A program made the translations under genes and the position numbers. Under the pieces are notes generated by a model. It had not been told where the DNA came from. It did not search any database and worked only from the letters and a program-made list of their open reading frames with translations. A stretch of 64,000 nt of DNA, from positions 126,916,001 to 126,980,000 of the forward strand of contig CM059431.1 in the NCBI GenBank assembly GCA_030390025.1. Direction: 5' to 3'. This DNA comes from Squalus acanthias. Its lineage: Eukaryota. Shown one piece after another: positions 22,132 through 34,539 of this stretch (positions are counted from its first letter, which is position 1; every line of letters begins with the position of its first letter).

Positions 22132-23951
22132 ATGGAGAGGGTGAGAGAACGAGCACAGCGCTTCACCGAGCGGGCCTTGGATGCTCTGGTTGGCGCGGTG
22201 GAGCGCAGAAGATGTATACTCTTCCCTGAGAGTGGCAGGAGGCCTTTGCCACACGAGTACAGAAGAGTGTGGAGGGAGGTGGCTCAGAGCGTCTCCTCCA
22301 GGAGCATGGTGCCCAGGACCCATGTTCAATGCCGCAAAAAGTTCAACGACCTCACTCGGGTCGTCAGGGTGAGTGGCTTTTTCTCAATACCTCTCCATCC
22401 CTCCATCTCAACCTCACTCTATGGCCAGAGGGTCTTAAAACCCCAATGCACAACACTCATCCAACACCTATGGCCCTTTCATGAAACACACACACACATT
22501 CCACACTTTGCACACAGTAAGGGCTATTCACCTATGGGAGGCACATCAGGCAAGACCATGGCTGCATACAGTAAGGGCTATTCACCTATGGGAGGCACAT
22601 CTGGCAAGACCATGGCTGTATATTTACTCAGATGCTGTCCTTTTACTTGCAGGCCAAGCTGGCGCATAATAGGAAACAGCAGCAACGGACAGGTGGAGGG
22701 CGGCCTCAGCTGCAACCCCTCAGCGATCTGGAGGAGCGCGTCCACAGGATTGTGGCAAGCCGGGTGATCGGTCCCGTCGCCACTGGAGACGCCGACCCCG
22801 TTCTGGAAAGCAATGGTAAGGTCATCACCTTTTTGTCCTCTGTCCTTCCACTTGTCCCTCACAACACCAGCCTTTGACACTTTCAATCCAACTTGCTAAC
22901 TCGCTGCACTTATTCCTCCCTTACTGCCACCCTGTCCTCACGCTAAAGCCACTCTTGTACCTCCCTGCTTTCAGATGGTGATTCACCAGCTGAGGAGACG
23001 GGCCCTGAAGCTGCCAGTGGGAGTGAAGCTGCAGCCGAGGAGGAAGAGGAAGCCGGAGCATCAGTGCCACCCTCTCCCGAGGAAGCCCATGCCCACACTG
23101 GGAACACGCCTTCCCTGGAGGGGAGCAGGGGGGAAGGGTCTGATGAGGGTGAAGCTCCAGGACCCAGCGGGATGGAGAAACGCCATGGGGGTAGGGAAGA
23201 ACGAGGGCCTTCTCCCCAGAGGGAGAGTATGCCAGAGACTCCTACTGCAATGGACGCAGAGGAGGAGCGGCTGATCGCAGAAATGAACACCCAGGCGGTG
23301 GGCATGCACACTGAGCTCATGGGTGCAGTGGGAAGGGTGCCCGAATGCATTGAGTCACTGGCAAGGAGTGTGGAGCACTTCGCTGTAGCACAGGCGGATG
23401 CCACACTAACGCTTAGTGCTGCAATTCAGTCACTGACTGCCGTGATCCCATCTCTGACTGCTCTCATGCAGACTCAGATTGAGGCCACGCGAGCACTGAC
23501 TGCTGCCAACCTCGATGGTTCGTTCACATGTCCCCGGGGCTCTCACCGCGCCGCAGCAGGCCAGCAATCTGTGCTCCAGCAGATTGCTCCGGATGCTGAA
23601 GTGCTGCCCCGTGGGAGTGCCAGTGTGTCGGGCGAGCAGGGAGTTGCTGTCCTCTCTCACGATGACAGCATTCCTGCTGCCAACACTATCACTTCTCCAC
23701 TGCAGTTGCCACCGCCTGTAGGACAGACTGCTGCCGCCCATGCAGAGTTGGTGCAGTTTGCAGCCGGGCCCTCCAGGCCCAGAACTGGTCGAGGCCGTCC
23801 TTCAGGGGCATCTGCAGTGTCAGGGTCTGACGATCAGCAGCCTTCCACCAGCTTTGCTGCAGCCACTGAGGTCCCATTACGGAGGAGCAGTAGGGTTAGA
23901 AGGGGGGAAGTGCGCAAGGGAAGGAGATCACCCTCGAAGGGCAAAAAGTAG
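22132..23951 (+). CDS. Harbinger Myb/SANT-like protein, 3 exons (22132-22368, 22653-22815, 22975-23951), 458 aa
   Basis: Same splice sites and phases as in Harb-1a. Frame is open. Confidence 0.9.
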
Positions 23952-24262
23952 GAGGTGTGACAAAATGCTGGTCATTTTTTTATTAAAGGCCGAGGTTCGT
24001 GGTCCAACTTTTGTTTAGTGTTTTGGACATTATCTCCAGGTTGTGAGAACCAGTTATGTTATTGACTGTGTTTTTGTTTTTATTTCTATGAGTTTGTCAT
24101 GAGGAAATGACACACACAGAGTTTGTAAAACAATAAGTTTTTGTATTCAAAATATACATGTTTGGTGTTTGGAATTATTGGTGCCTTGGCCGGCTTAGGG
24201 GTTGCGTGCTGGGTTCATTGATGTTGTTAGCAATGGCAGAAGCCATTTCCACAGCAGGGGCC

Positions 24263-25426
24263 CTAGAAGCGGCTTGCTATCAGCCGTTGACGGACGGCCC
24301 TTGCAGTTTCACCATTGTGGGCCGCCCTCCCGCCTTGGTGCTGCTGATGATCATCCTCCTCGTCCTCTTCCTCCTCTTCCTCCTCCTCCTCCTCTGGTGG
24401 TGCTCCAAGGCCTGGTGGCATTGGCTGGGTCCTGACGATTGCCATGTTATGCAACATGCAGCACACAACTACGAAGTTGGATACTCGCTCAGGCGAGTAC
24501 TGCAGGGCTCCTCCAGAATGTTCCAGACAGCGGAACCGTTGCTTCAGCACGCCGGTTGTGCGCTCAATGATGTTCCTGGTAGCTTGATGGCTCTCATTGT
24601 ACCGCAGCTCAGCAGGGTTGTTGGGCGTACGGAGCGGTGTCATCAGCCAGGTGCTCAATGGATACCCCTTGTCCCCGAGAAGCCAACCAACTGGCTGATG
24701 CGGTGCCTCGAAAAGTTCTGCCACAGTAGTCTGGCGCAGGATAAAAGCATCGTGGCAGCTGCCAGGATAGTGGGCATTGACAGCGAGTATCAGCTGTCTG
24801 TGGTCACAGACCAACTGAACATTCAAGGAATGGAACCCCTTTCTGTTCCGGAATTCCTCGGCATTCTCATGTGGAGCACGCAAAGCCACATGCGTGCAGT
24901 CAATGGCGCCCTGCACCATGGGGAAGCCCGCTATCCTCGCAAAGCCCAGAGCGCGGTCACGCTGCTTGTCTGGGGTCATGGGGAAAGAGATGAACTCTCG
25001 TCTCCTTTTAAAGAGGGCATTTGTGACCTGCCGGATGCAGCAATGCACCGCGAACTGGGAGATATTGGCGAGGTCCCCAGCAGCAGCGTGAAATGAGCAA
25101 ATAGCATAGAAGTTGAGAGCCACTGTGACCTTCACTGCCACCGACAGAGACGTCCTGGACCTCAGTTGAGGCTGCAGATCTGGCTGCAGCAGGTGGCAGA
25201 GCTCAGTGACCACCTCCTTGCTGAATCGCAGCCTTCGCAAACACAGCTCCTCAGACATATGAATGTAGGAGAGCTGTTCACGATATACCCTGGGAGGGTA
25301 AGCTCTCCTGTACATACGCCTGTTGGCCCTCCTCCGTCTGGCCATCATTGCCACTCTCTCTCTGCGTCTCTGTGTCCTCCGATTCAGCTGGAGCAGGACG
25401 ACGCCCCCAATCAGTGCAGCCCCCAT
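24263..25426 (-). CDS. Harbinger DDE transposase, 387 aa, intact
   Basis: GAIDCTHV, LLGDKGY and IERTTG. Start set at MGAAL by homology to Harb-1a. Confidence 0.95.
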   Translation of the reverse strand: MGAALIGGVVLLQLNRRTQRRRERVAMMARRRRANRRMYRRAYPPRVYREQLSYIHMSEELCLRRLRFSKEVVTELCHLLQPDLQPQLRSRTSLSVAVKVTVALNFYAICSFHAAAGDLANISQFAVHCCIRQVTNALFKRRREFISFPMTPDKQRDRALGFARIAGFPMVQGAIDCTHVALRAPHENAEEFRNRKGFHSLNVQLVCDHRQLILAVNAHYPGSCHDAFILRQTTVAELFEAPHQPVGWLLGDKGYPLSTWLMTPLRTPNNPAELRYNESHQATRNIIERTTGVLKQRFRCLEHSGGALQYSPERVSNFVVVCCMLHNMAIVRTQPMPPGLGAPPEEEEEEEEEEDEEDDHQQHQGGRAAHNGETARAVRQRLIASRF

Positions 25427-26338
25427 AGTCTCTTTGCAAGCAAAGTAATGAAGGACAGCAACCAAAGTACCAGCGAAGTTAGGATCAGTAGGCAAAACTA
25501 CCTCACAAAGCGTTGACTCAATGCAGAAGTCTCTCTTTCTCTCTCTCCGAATCTCTCTCTCTCTCTCAGAACGAGTGGTGCAAAAATGTCAACCACAGAA
25601 AAAGACAGGAAGAGGCCCCCTTTAAATAGCGCCCCCCACCCCAGCCCCACAGCGATTGATAGCGTTCCAGTCTTCCGGTCGTTGGATGCGCCAGGCGGTA
25701 AGGCAGGGGGCGCCACTCAATTTCCGCTCCGGGGCGCCACAAGGGCGTTGCACCATGGAATGACGTCACAATCTGCGCGCGCAGGTGGTCACGGCGGTAA
25801 AGTTTAGCGCCGCCGCACAATGTCTAGTTAACTTCACGAGCGGCGCAAACATTGCTGCGCCCGGGCGCTAGCGGCTTTGCGCCCCATTAGCGCCCTCTTA
25901 TGGCGCTAACGGGAGGCGCAACCAACTGAATTTTTACCCCTAAGTATTTTATGTTACTTTCCCCTTTCACTTCTTCAGCTTGTCGCTGTTCTTTTAGTTC
26001 CTCTAACTCTGTTAACTGGCGGTCCATCATCGCTTCCCTGTCGCTTGCCTTTTGTTTCAGTTGCTCAATCTCTCTGGATTGTTCATCCATCACTTTCTTA
26101 TTTTGAACTAATTGTCTTTGATAGGTTAACAGCCATATCGCTTTATATCATGCACCCTTTCCTAATGGAAATTCCGTCCATTCCTTTGCTTTTTGTACAG
26201 GGTCATCATTCTGCAGACTATCTCTAACCCATGGTTTATCTGTATTGATTTTTCCATGAATATATTTTGCTACCAAATGCTTCATGCTTCTCACTTTCTT
26301 GTCCGGCATTGTTATAAAAAATGCTTTTTCCCCTCAAT

Positions 26339-26356
26339 GTCCCTTCATGGTTGCCA
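26339..26356 (-). promoter_or_regulatory. ERV-B primer binding site, tRNA-Arg(TCG)-like
   Basis: TGGCAACCATGAAGGGAC matches the recalled TGGCGACCACGAAGGGAC with two CpG-type transitions. It lies 4 nt from the LTR. Confidence 0.8.
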
Positions 26357-26360
26357 ATTA

Positions 26361-28733
26361 TGTAAGCCTTTCTCTTACTACTGTTTGGACCTTGAGAATT
26401 ATAAATAAATGTAACAATGACAGATAAGTATGTGATCAATAAAATTGGCCTTTATTCACACTACAGTTCAAAATTCAAGTGTACATCGCAATAAATATGC
26501 TCCCAATTTACCATATTTAAACGGTATTCCCCAGCAACTGATATGCTAACTCCTGGCGATGTAAGGGGTTCGGGTGGCTCTGTGCTTAGCCTGGGTGCTA
26601 GTGCAGGGTTAGGCCTTGTTGCCTGTTCTGGTCTCCAGCCAGCCTGGTAGCACTAGACACCTGTGAGTGGTTCGACCCACTCACCCTTACGGTTCTGACA
26701 CTGGACTTAGGTGCGAGAGCAGTAATGCAGAGAAAACTCAGGTAGACCCGGTTGAATAGTACGAAATGGAAAATCTTTATTGCATATTGTTCAAGATTAC
26801 AAAATACTTGTCATAAGCACAGATTAATGACAGTACAAGCTTACATACATTTATGCAACTAGGTTTAAGGAAACGAGGAGCGCACGACACATCGTAAAAG
26901 GGGACACACATTATAATTATCCTTAAAACTTAAAACCCTCCCCTATCAATACCTGTCCTAATCTAGATCTGTAGGATCGAGAACCATGCTCACCACTCGT
27001 GATAACTCGTAGAATTCTAAAACGATGGTCGGATGTTTTCGCCACAGCACCTGACTATTCACATGTTGATCAGGGGTCTCTGTACCCCACTTGTTTACTC
27101 ACTCTGCTGCTGCAAGCAGGCTGGGCTCCCCGTTGTCATGAAGAACTCGACAATGCTCGGGCCCGGCTGTAGAACTCAAAGAAAAGTCTTTCTGGATCGA
27201 CACCAGTTCGATAGAATTCGAAGAAAAGTCTTCCTGTGTCAGTTCATGCAGTAACCTATAGAGTTCAAAAATGGTCTATATATTTTCGGGCGCGGTCGGG
27301 GTTTACTGACCGCGGCGGCATGTGGATTCTTCTTCTTCTCTTCTCATCTCATCTCCTCGGGCCTTCGGGTCCAGACACCGTTTACCGACCTTCGGGATGG
27401 TGCACCCGATTTCGCAGCGCGCCACGAGGTCGACCCCAAAAAGGGATCAGCAGAACAAGAGAGAGTAACGGTCGTCCGGGAGAATAGCCAAGAGGCGATT
27501 CCAAGCGAATGAATAGGATAAGAGAGCGATGGACATTTGGACACTACAGTTGTAGTACTGTAATTCCTTATCTCCTGCCCAAACTTAATGTTCATCTTTT
27601 GTCATGTTTTGGCGCTCAAACTTCTTGTATGGGGTGGTTCTTGTCGTTAATGGGTTTCGGTGATACTTGTAACTGTCTAAGTACCCGTTAATATTTCTCC
27701 CATTGTGGAACCGGCTAGGAGTCTCCCTGGAGGGGTTTTGGGGCCCTCCGAATTCTTGCTGTGAGTACCCGCAAATGGCTCTCTCATCGTAGAGCTGTGG
27801 GGAATTTGCGTATCAATGTCTTTGGATGGGCCCTTAATTGCCCAGTACAATAGCCCTCGTTTGTGCATGGAAACCGATTCCAGCACTTATATTCTCTTAG
27901 GTGTACAAAATGCAAAACGATCGCGTCTTGTCTTATTTCATTATGCTGAGTACTGTCCGATCTTGCTGAAATGTTTATTGAAACGCCATCTTGTCTGCCT
28001 ACTGAAAAATCTGGAACCTTCTGCCACGAGGCGCGGCGGCCATTTTACAGGCTGCTTGTGTCCGTTTTGAAACATGACAGCATTTTGCTGAAATAAAGCT
28101 GTTTTTACGAAACTGTATGTCTCTTTCTCATTATTTTGAAATCGCGATAATTTGCGAATTCTACAGCGATTTATATCCCAAGTCAAACGGGCATAAAAGT
28201 ACCCTCTAATAATATCTAGGCTCTATGTCTGACTTTCATACATACTTCTTTATCTCTGGGTGATCGGTCCAGAAAAGTCGTAAGTTGCAAACATAGACTT
28301 TCTTTATTCCTCTCTTCTTCCTTCTTTCTGAATTTCCTGCTTCTGGGTCATTCCTTTATAGTGCCTTTCTGACAGCCCCCCTCGTATTGCTTCATCTGCT
28401 TTTCTCTGATAGGTCAGTTTCACTCCCAACCTTCCCTGATTGGAGTTCCATCTGCATGACATGTTCATGTTTCTGTGATGTGTGTGGGGTTGGGACTTCC
28501 TCTTCAACCTGTGTTTCTCCTTCCTGTCTATGTGGTCTTACAAACAAAGGACCAAATGTTGACCACCAGGCAAAGGACCCCCTGCTGACTTCCTCCATTT
28601 TGTCTCTTCACAAACAAAGGAATGCATGCTGACTGCCTACATTTTGAGTATTCCGTAATCATTTCACAATTCGTTCTGAACTTCGATCTCCATATGGTAA
28701 TGGTGGCTTTATTACAGTTTTTAGAATCTTACA
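26361..28733 (-). repeat. ERV-B 5' LTR, interrupted by a solo LTR
   Basis: Segments 26361-26559 and 28170-28733 align with 3572-4337, with roughly 10% divergence by eye. Confidence 0.92.
26560..28165 (-). mobile_element. Solo LTR (1606 bp) of an ERV-C-related family
   Basis: TG...CA ends and 4-bp TSD GCGA (26556-26559 and 28166-28169). The reverse complement starts TGTAGAATTCGCAAATTATCGCGATTTCA like 60906 and is colinear with that LTR. Confidence 0.93.
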
Positions 28734-28766
28734 GTGTAAACCTGGTGAAGCTACAACACAGGGCTA

Positions 28767-29223
28767 TAGTTTCAGCTGTGGCTCAGTGGGTAGCACTCTC
28801 GCCCCTGAGTCAGAAGGTTGTGGGTTCAAGTCCCACTCCAAGAGACTTGAGCACATAAAGCTAGGCTGACATCCATTGCAGTGCTGAGGGAGTGCAGCAC
28901 TGTCGGAGGTGCCATCTTTCAGATGATATATTAAACTGTATCTGCTCTCTTAGGTGGTTGTAAAAGATCCCATTGCACTATTTTGAAGAAGAGCAGGGGA
29001 GTTCTCCCCGGTTTCCTGGCCAATATTTATTCCTCAACATCACTAAAAAAGATTATCTGGTCATTATCTCAGTGCTTTTTGTGGCCGTATGCTGTGTGCA
29101 AATTGGCTGCTGTAATTCCAACAATACAACAGTGACTACACTTCAAAAAGTACTTCATTGACTGTAAAGAGCTTTGGATCGTGAAAGACGCTATATAAAT
29201 GCAAGTTCTATCTTTTTTTCTTT
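28767..29223 (+). mobile_element. SacSINE1/DeuSINE-type tRNA-derived SINE
   Basis: A and B boxes TGGCTCAGTGGG and GGTTCAAGTCC, central Deu-like GATCCCATTGCACTATTTTGAAGAAGAGCAGGG, and L2-type tail GCTATATAAATGCAAG. Confidence 0.85.
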
Positions 29224-29303
29224 ACATGCATGCAATACGGCATGCTATAGACAGAGCTAAGCTATCCCACAACTAATAGATCAGGTCAGAGCTCTGTAGC
29301 CCT

Positions 29304-29781
29304 GATTGGATGAGTGCAGCTCCAACAACACTCAAGAAACTCGACAGCATCCAGGACAAAGCAGCCCGCTTGATTGGCACTCCATCCACCACCTTAAACA
29401 TTCACTCCCTCCACCACCGGCATACCATGGCTGCAGTGTGTACCATCTACAAGATGCACTGCAGCAACTCACCAAGGCTTCTTCCCAAACCCACAACCTC
29501 TTCCACCTAGAAGGACAAGGGCAGCAGACGCATGGGAACATCACCACCTTCAAGTTCCCCTCCAAGTCACACACCATCCTAACTTAGAAGTATATCACCG
29601 ATCCTTCATCATCGCTGGGTCAAAATCGTGGAACTCCCGACCTAACAGCTCTGTGGGAGTACGTTCACCACATGGACTGCAGCAGGTTCAAGAAGGCGGC
29701 TCACCACCATCTTCTCAAGGGCAATTAGGGATGGGCAATAAATGCTGGCCTTGCCATCAACGCCCAGTCCCATAAAAAAAA
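29304..29781 (+). mobile_element. 5'-truncated LINE 3' end (family of 6389-7550), inserted into an older copy of itself
   Basis: Encodes MSAAPTTLKKLDSIQDKAARLIG; poly(A) at 29775-29781. Confidence 0.85.
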
Positions 29782-30199
29782 CATGCAATCGTGAATGGTG
29801 GTGGACAATTAAGGCTCCATAAACATCCTCCTCCTCAACGATGGAGGAGCCCAGCAAGTGATCGCAAAAGGCAAGGCTGAAGCATTTGCAACCATCTTCA
29901 GCCAGAAGTGCCTCCTCCTGAGGTCGCACCATCACAGATGCTAGTCTTTAGCCAATTCGATTCACTCCACATGACATCAAGAAACAGCTGAGTGCACAGG
30001 ACACAGCAAAGGCTATGAATACAGACAAAATCCCAGTTGTAGCGCAGAATTCCAGAACTAGCTGCGGCCCTAGCCAAGCTGTTCTAGTACAGCTACAGCA
30101 CTGGCATCTACCCAACAATGAGGAAAATTTGCCAGATATTTCCTTTCCATAAAAAAGCAAAGACAAAGCAAGGAAATCTAATATTGTTCTTCCACTTTA

Positions 30200-30900
30200 T
30201 AAATTACATGTCTTCTACCCTGTCCAGCATATCTTTAAGGCATTTCATATTTTCACTAACTCCTGTTTTCCAAATTAATTAACACAGCCTTCCCTGTTAT
30301 CTTAAAATCAGCTTTTATTAATGTAATTATTCCTTGTTCTAGAAAGTGTCACAGGGTCACATCTAATGACATTATGATCACTGGTAATCAAGTGCTTCCA
30401 ACCTCTAAATTTTTCATTATCTTAAGCTCATGTCAAAACATTAAATGATGTATGCTTTTTAGTGCTACCCTTTTTAGTGTTTTGTCAAGAACAGCCCTGT
30501 ATTAACCTCATGAATTAACCTCCCTCATTTGAAACTTCCTACCAACATGCCACTTAATTAAAGGGTAATTAATATCACCCATAATTAGCACCCTCCCTTT
30601 CTCCAATAGACATCGAGTTGAATAATCCCACTTCACTTTCCTCTCTCTGCTTTGTTGTTTATGAAGAGTTCCTATGATTATTCGCTTTTTCTTGGTGTCA
30701 CAAATTTTAACCAAAATTTGCTTAGTGCTCCTTTGTCTGATGTTAAATCATTGATTTTGATTGCTGCAAGACTCTCTCACTTTACTTATGTCATTTATTT
30801 CTCCAGCTTTTTTCCTCTTGATTCTGAATGACATAAACTGACTGGATATAATTTTCATTCAGAATTTCCAGGACATGGTTCCTTATGCTACTTTTTAATG
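30200..30900 (-). mobile_element. Highly degraded CR1 endonuclease fragment
   Basis: Remnant VLIMGDINYPLIKW motif. Boundaries approximate. Confidence 0.55.
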
Positions 30901-31409
30901 TAAAAAACATAGATTTATTAATATTATAATGATCCCTACTGTCAGGCTCCCATTATTGAATTGCCAAACACATATTCAGTACTGAGATAACTGTAGAAAA
31001 GGATTTGGTCCTGAAAGAAATTAGAAAATTATGCAACTGAAACACTTTTGTTCAAGAAGGGAGAGAAAAACAGGGAAACTATAGACCAGGTAGTCTCATG
31101 TTATTATACGCAAACACTTATTTATTGAATAGATAAAAGGAATACAGTAGAAGTAAGGATATATTGGCCTTGGAGGGCGTGCAGTGTAGATTCACCAGAA
31201 TGATACCAGAGCGAAAAGGGTTAAATTAAAAGTACAGGTTGCATGGATAGGCTTGTATTCCCTTCGAAGATTAAGGGATGATCGAATTAAGGTGTTTAAG
31301 ATGATTAAAGGATTTGAAACATAGAAACATAGAAACATAGAAGATAGGAGCAGGAGTAGGCCATTCGGCCACTCTAGCCTGCTCCGCCATTCAATGCGAT
31401 CATGGCTGA

Positions 31410-34400
31410 TCATTCAAATTCAGAACCCTGTCTCTGCCTTTCTCCCCATATCCCTTGATCCCTTTTAGCCTTAAGAAATATATCCAACTCCTTCTTGAAT
31501 ATATTTAATGAATTGGCCTCTACTGCCTTCTGTGGTAGAGAATTCCACAGGTTCACCACCCTCTGGGTGAAGAAATTCCTCCTCATTTCTGTCCTAAATG
31601 GCTTACCCCTTATCCATAGACTGTGACCCCTGGTTCTGGACTCCCCGATCATCGGGATCATCCTTCCTGCATCTAGTCTGTCCAGTCCTGTTAGAATTTT
31701 ATATGTTTCAATGAGATCCCCTCTCATTCTTCTAAACTCCAGCAAGTACAAGACCAATCGACCCAATCTCTCCTCATACATCATTCCTGCCATCCGAGGT
31801 ATCAGCCTGGTGAATCTTTGCTGTACTCCTTCCATGGCAAGAACCTCCTTCCTCAGATAAGGCGACCAAAACTGCACACAATACTCAAGATGTGTTCTCA
31901 CCAAGGCCCTGTAGAACTGCAGCAAGACATCCTTGTTCCTGTACTCAAACCATCGCACTACGAAGGCCAACATACCATTTGCCTTCTTAACCACCTGCTG
32001 CACCTGCATGCTTACCTTCAGCGACTGGTGCACAAGGACACCCAGGTCTCGTTGCACTTCCCCTTCTCCCAATCTATTGCCATTCAGATAATAATCTGCC
32101 TTCCTGTTTTTGACACCAAAGTGGATAACCTCGCATGTATCCACATTATATTGCATCTGCCATGCTTCTGCCCAATCACCCAACCTGTCTAAATCATCCT
32201 GCAGTTTCTCGGCATCCTCCTCACAGCACACACGCCCACCCAGCTTTGTGTCATCTGCAAACTTGGGGATATTACATCTAATTCCCTTGTCTAGATGATT
32301 AATATATATTGTGAATACCCCACTAGTCACTGCCTGCCACTCGGAAAAAGACCCGTTTATTCCAACTCTTTGCTTTCTGTCTGCCAACCAGTTCTCTATC
32401 CAAGTCAATACCTTGCCACCAATCCCATGTGCCTTAACTTTACACGCTAATCTCTTATGCGGGACCTTATCAAAAGCCTTTTGGAAGTCAAAATACACCA
32501 CATCCACTGGTTCTCCCTTATCTATTTTACAAGTTACATCCTCAAAAAATTCCAGTAGATTAGTCAAGCATGATTTACCTTTTGCAAATCCATGTTGACT
32601 TTGTCCGATCCTGTCACTGTTTTCCAAGTGCTCTGCTATTACATCTTTTATAATGGACTCTAAAATTTTCCCCACTACCGATGTCAGGCTTACCGGTCTG
32701 TAATTCCCCGTTTTCTCTCTACCACTTTTTTTGAATAGTGGGGTAACATTAGCTGCCCTCCAATCCATGGGGACTGTTCCAGATTCCATCGAATGTTGGA
32801 AGATGATCAGCAATGCATCTACTATTTCTAGGGCCACTTCCTTAAGTACCCTAGGATGTAGATTATCAGGCCCTGGGAATTTATTGGCCTTCAATCCCAT
32901 CAATTTCCCTAACACCATTTCCCTACAAATACTGATTTCTTTCAGTTCCTCCCTTTCATCAGACCCTATGTTCCCTAACATCTCTGGGAGGTTATTTGTG
33001 TCCTCCTTTGTGAAGACAGAACCAAAATATGTATTTAATTGGTCTGCCATTTCTTTGTTCCCCATTATAAGTTCCCCTGATTCTGACTGCAAGGGACCTA
33101 CGGTTGACTTCACCAATCTTTTTCTCTTCACATATCTATAAAAGCTTTTACAGTCAGTTTTTATGTTCCCTGCAAGCTTACTCTCATATTCTATTTTCCC
33201 TTTCTTTATGAATCCCTTTGTCCTCCTTTGTTGAATCCTAAACTGCTCCCAATCCTCAGGTTTACCTCTTTTTCTGGCCAATTTATATGTCCTCTCCTTG
33301 GATCTTATGCTATCCCTAATTTCCCTTGTTAGCCACGGTTGAGCGGTTGAGTCAGCTTTTTTGTTTTATTCTTATGCCAAACTGGGATGAACAAATTCTG
33401 TATTTCATCCATGCGGTCTTTGAATGTTTGCCATTGCCTATCCACCGACAACCCTTTGAGTGACATTCCCCAATCAATCCTACCCAACTCGCGCCTCATA
33501 CCATCGTAGTTTCCTTTATTTAAATTCAGGACCCTAGTCTCTGAGTCAACTACTTCACTCTCCATCTTAATGAAGAATTCTATCATATTGTGATTGCTCG
33601 GACCCAAGGGGCCTCGTACAACAAGATTGCTAATTAATCCTTTCTCTTTACATAATACCCAGTCTAAGATGGCCTGATCTCTGGTTGGTTCCTCGACATA
33701 TTGGTCCAGGAAACCATCCCGTAAACACTCCAGGAATTCCTCTTCCACAGTATTGTTACTAATTTGGTTAGCCCAATCTATATGTAGATTAAAGTCACCC
33801 ATGATGACTGCTGTGCCCTTATTGCACGCTTCTCTAATTTCTCTTTTATTGCCATCCCCAACCTCCGCATTACTGTTTGGAGGTCTATATACCACTCCCA
33901 CTAACGTTTTCTGCCCCTTGGTATTTCTCAGTTCTACCCATACAGATTCCAGATCATCAGAGCTAATATCCTTCCTTACAATTGTGTTAATCCCCTCTTT
34001 AACCAGCAATGCTACCCCACCTCCTTTTCCTTTTTGCCTATCACAGAATCACAGAATCACAGAATCCCCACCTTGCAGATAGAGGCCATTTCGGCCCATC
34101 GAGCCTGCACCAACACATATCCCACCCTATCCCCGTAACCCCACGTATTTAATCCCCCCTAACACTAAGGGTCAATTTATCATAGCCAAATCAACCTAAC
34201 CCGCACATCTTTGGACTATCTTTCCTGAATATTGAATACCCCTGGATGTTGAGTTCCCAGCCTTGGCCACCCTGGAGCCATGTTTCCGTAATCCCAATCA
34301 AAACATATTTGTTTACCTCTATTTGCGCAGCTAATTCATCCACCTTATTCCGAATGCTCCTTGCATTAAGACACAAAGCCTTCAGGCTTCTTTTTTTAAC

Positions 34401-34439
34401 GCTCTTAGACCTATTAGAATTATTATTTACTGTGGCCAT
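31410..34439 (-). pseudogene. CR1 ORF2 (APE endonuclease plus RT), with frameshift, small RT deletion and SINE insertion
   Basis: ORFs 34191..34439, 33329..34009 and 31410..33281. Motifs NARSIRNK, MGDFN, QHGFAKGKSCLTNL, FDFQKAFDKV and FADD; the PQGSVLGP motif is missing. Confidence 0.93.
34043..34215 (-). mobile_element. 5'-truncated HE1-type SINE in CR1 ORF2
   Basis: Matches 11750-11935, has an (ATTCTGTG)n tail, and is flanked by CTATC at 34038-34042 and 34216-34220. Confidence 0.85.
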
Positions 34440-34539
34440 GTTTGATTTAAACCGTTGATTTCTCTGACTGCTTCTTTAGCTTTTATCCTTGCTTCCCTTT
34501 CCTCTGTCTCCCTGCTCAGGTTCCCAACCCCCTGCCATT

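Larger units (their letters stand above)
21773..25940. mobile_element. Harb-1b: apparently intact autonomous Harbinger, 4168 bp, same family and orientation as Harb-1a
   Basis: TIRs GGGGGAAAAATT / AATTTTTACCCC and TSD TAA (21770-21772 and 25941-25943). Confidence 0.96.
21078..26309 (-). pseudogene. gag: ERV-B gag remnant (N-terminal domain plus coiled coil; capsid absent), split by Harb-1b
   Basis: MPDKKVRSMKHLVAKYIHGKIN..KPW...KAIWLLTYQRQ and DHTKCQEEIERLK...GIICLMI align with ERV-C Gag. The frame SNIKYL-QSQVMEC is restored when Harb-1b is removed. Confidence 0.85.
3572..28733 (-). mobile_element. ERV-B: defective provirus (~6.6 kb after removing nested inserts), LTR-PBS(Arg)-gag remnant-noncoding-IN remnant-env-PPT-LTR
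   Basis: Two related LTRs (TGTAAG...CTTACA), 4-bp TSD GTGT (3568-3571 and 28734-28737), PBS at 26339-26356, PPT at 4338-4350, and minus-strand integrase and env fragments. Confidence 0.93.

Noticed and set aside
15633..25096. Long antisense ORFs over transposases, gag and CR1 (e.g. 15633..16439, 24158..25096)
   Set aside because: These are shadow frames of real GC-rich coding sequence on the other strand.
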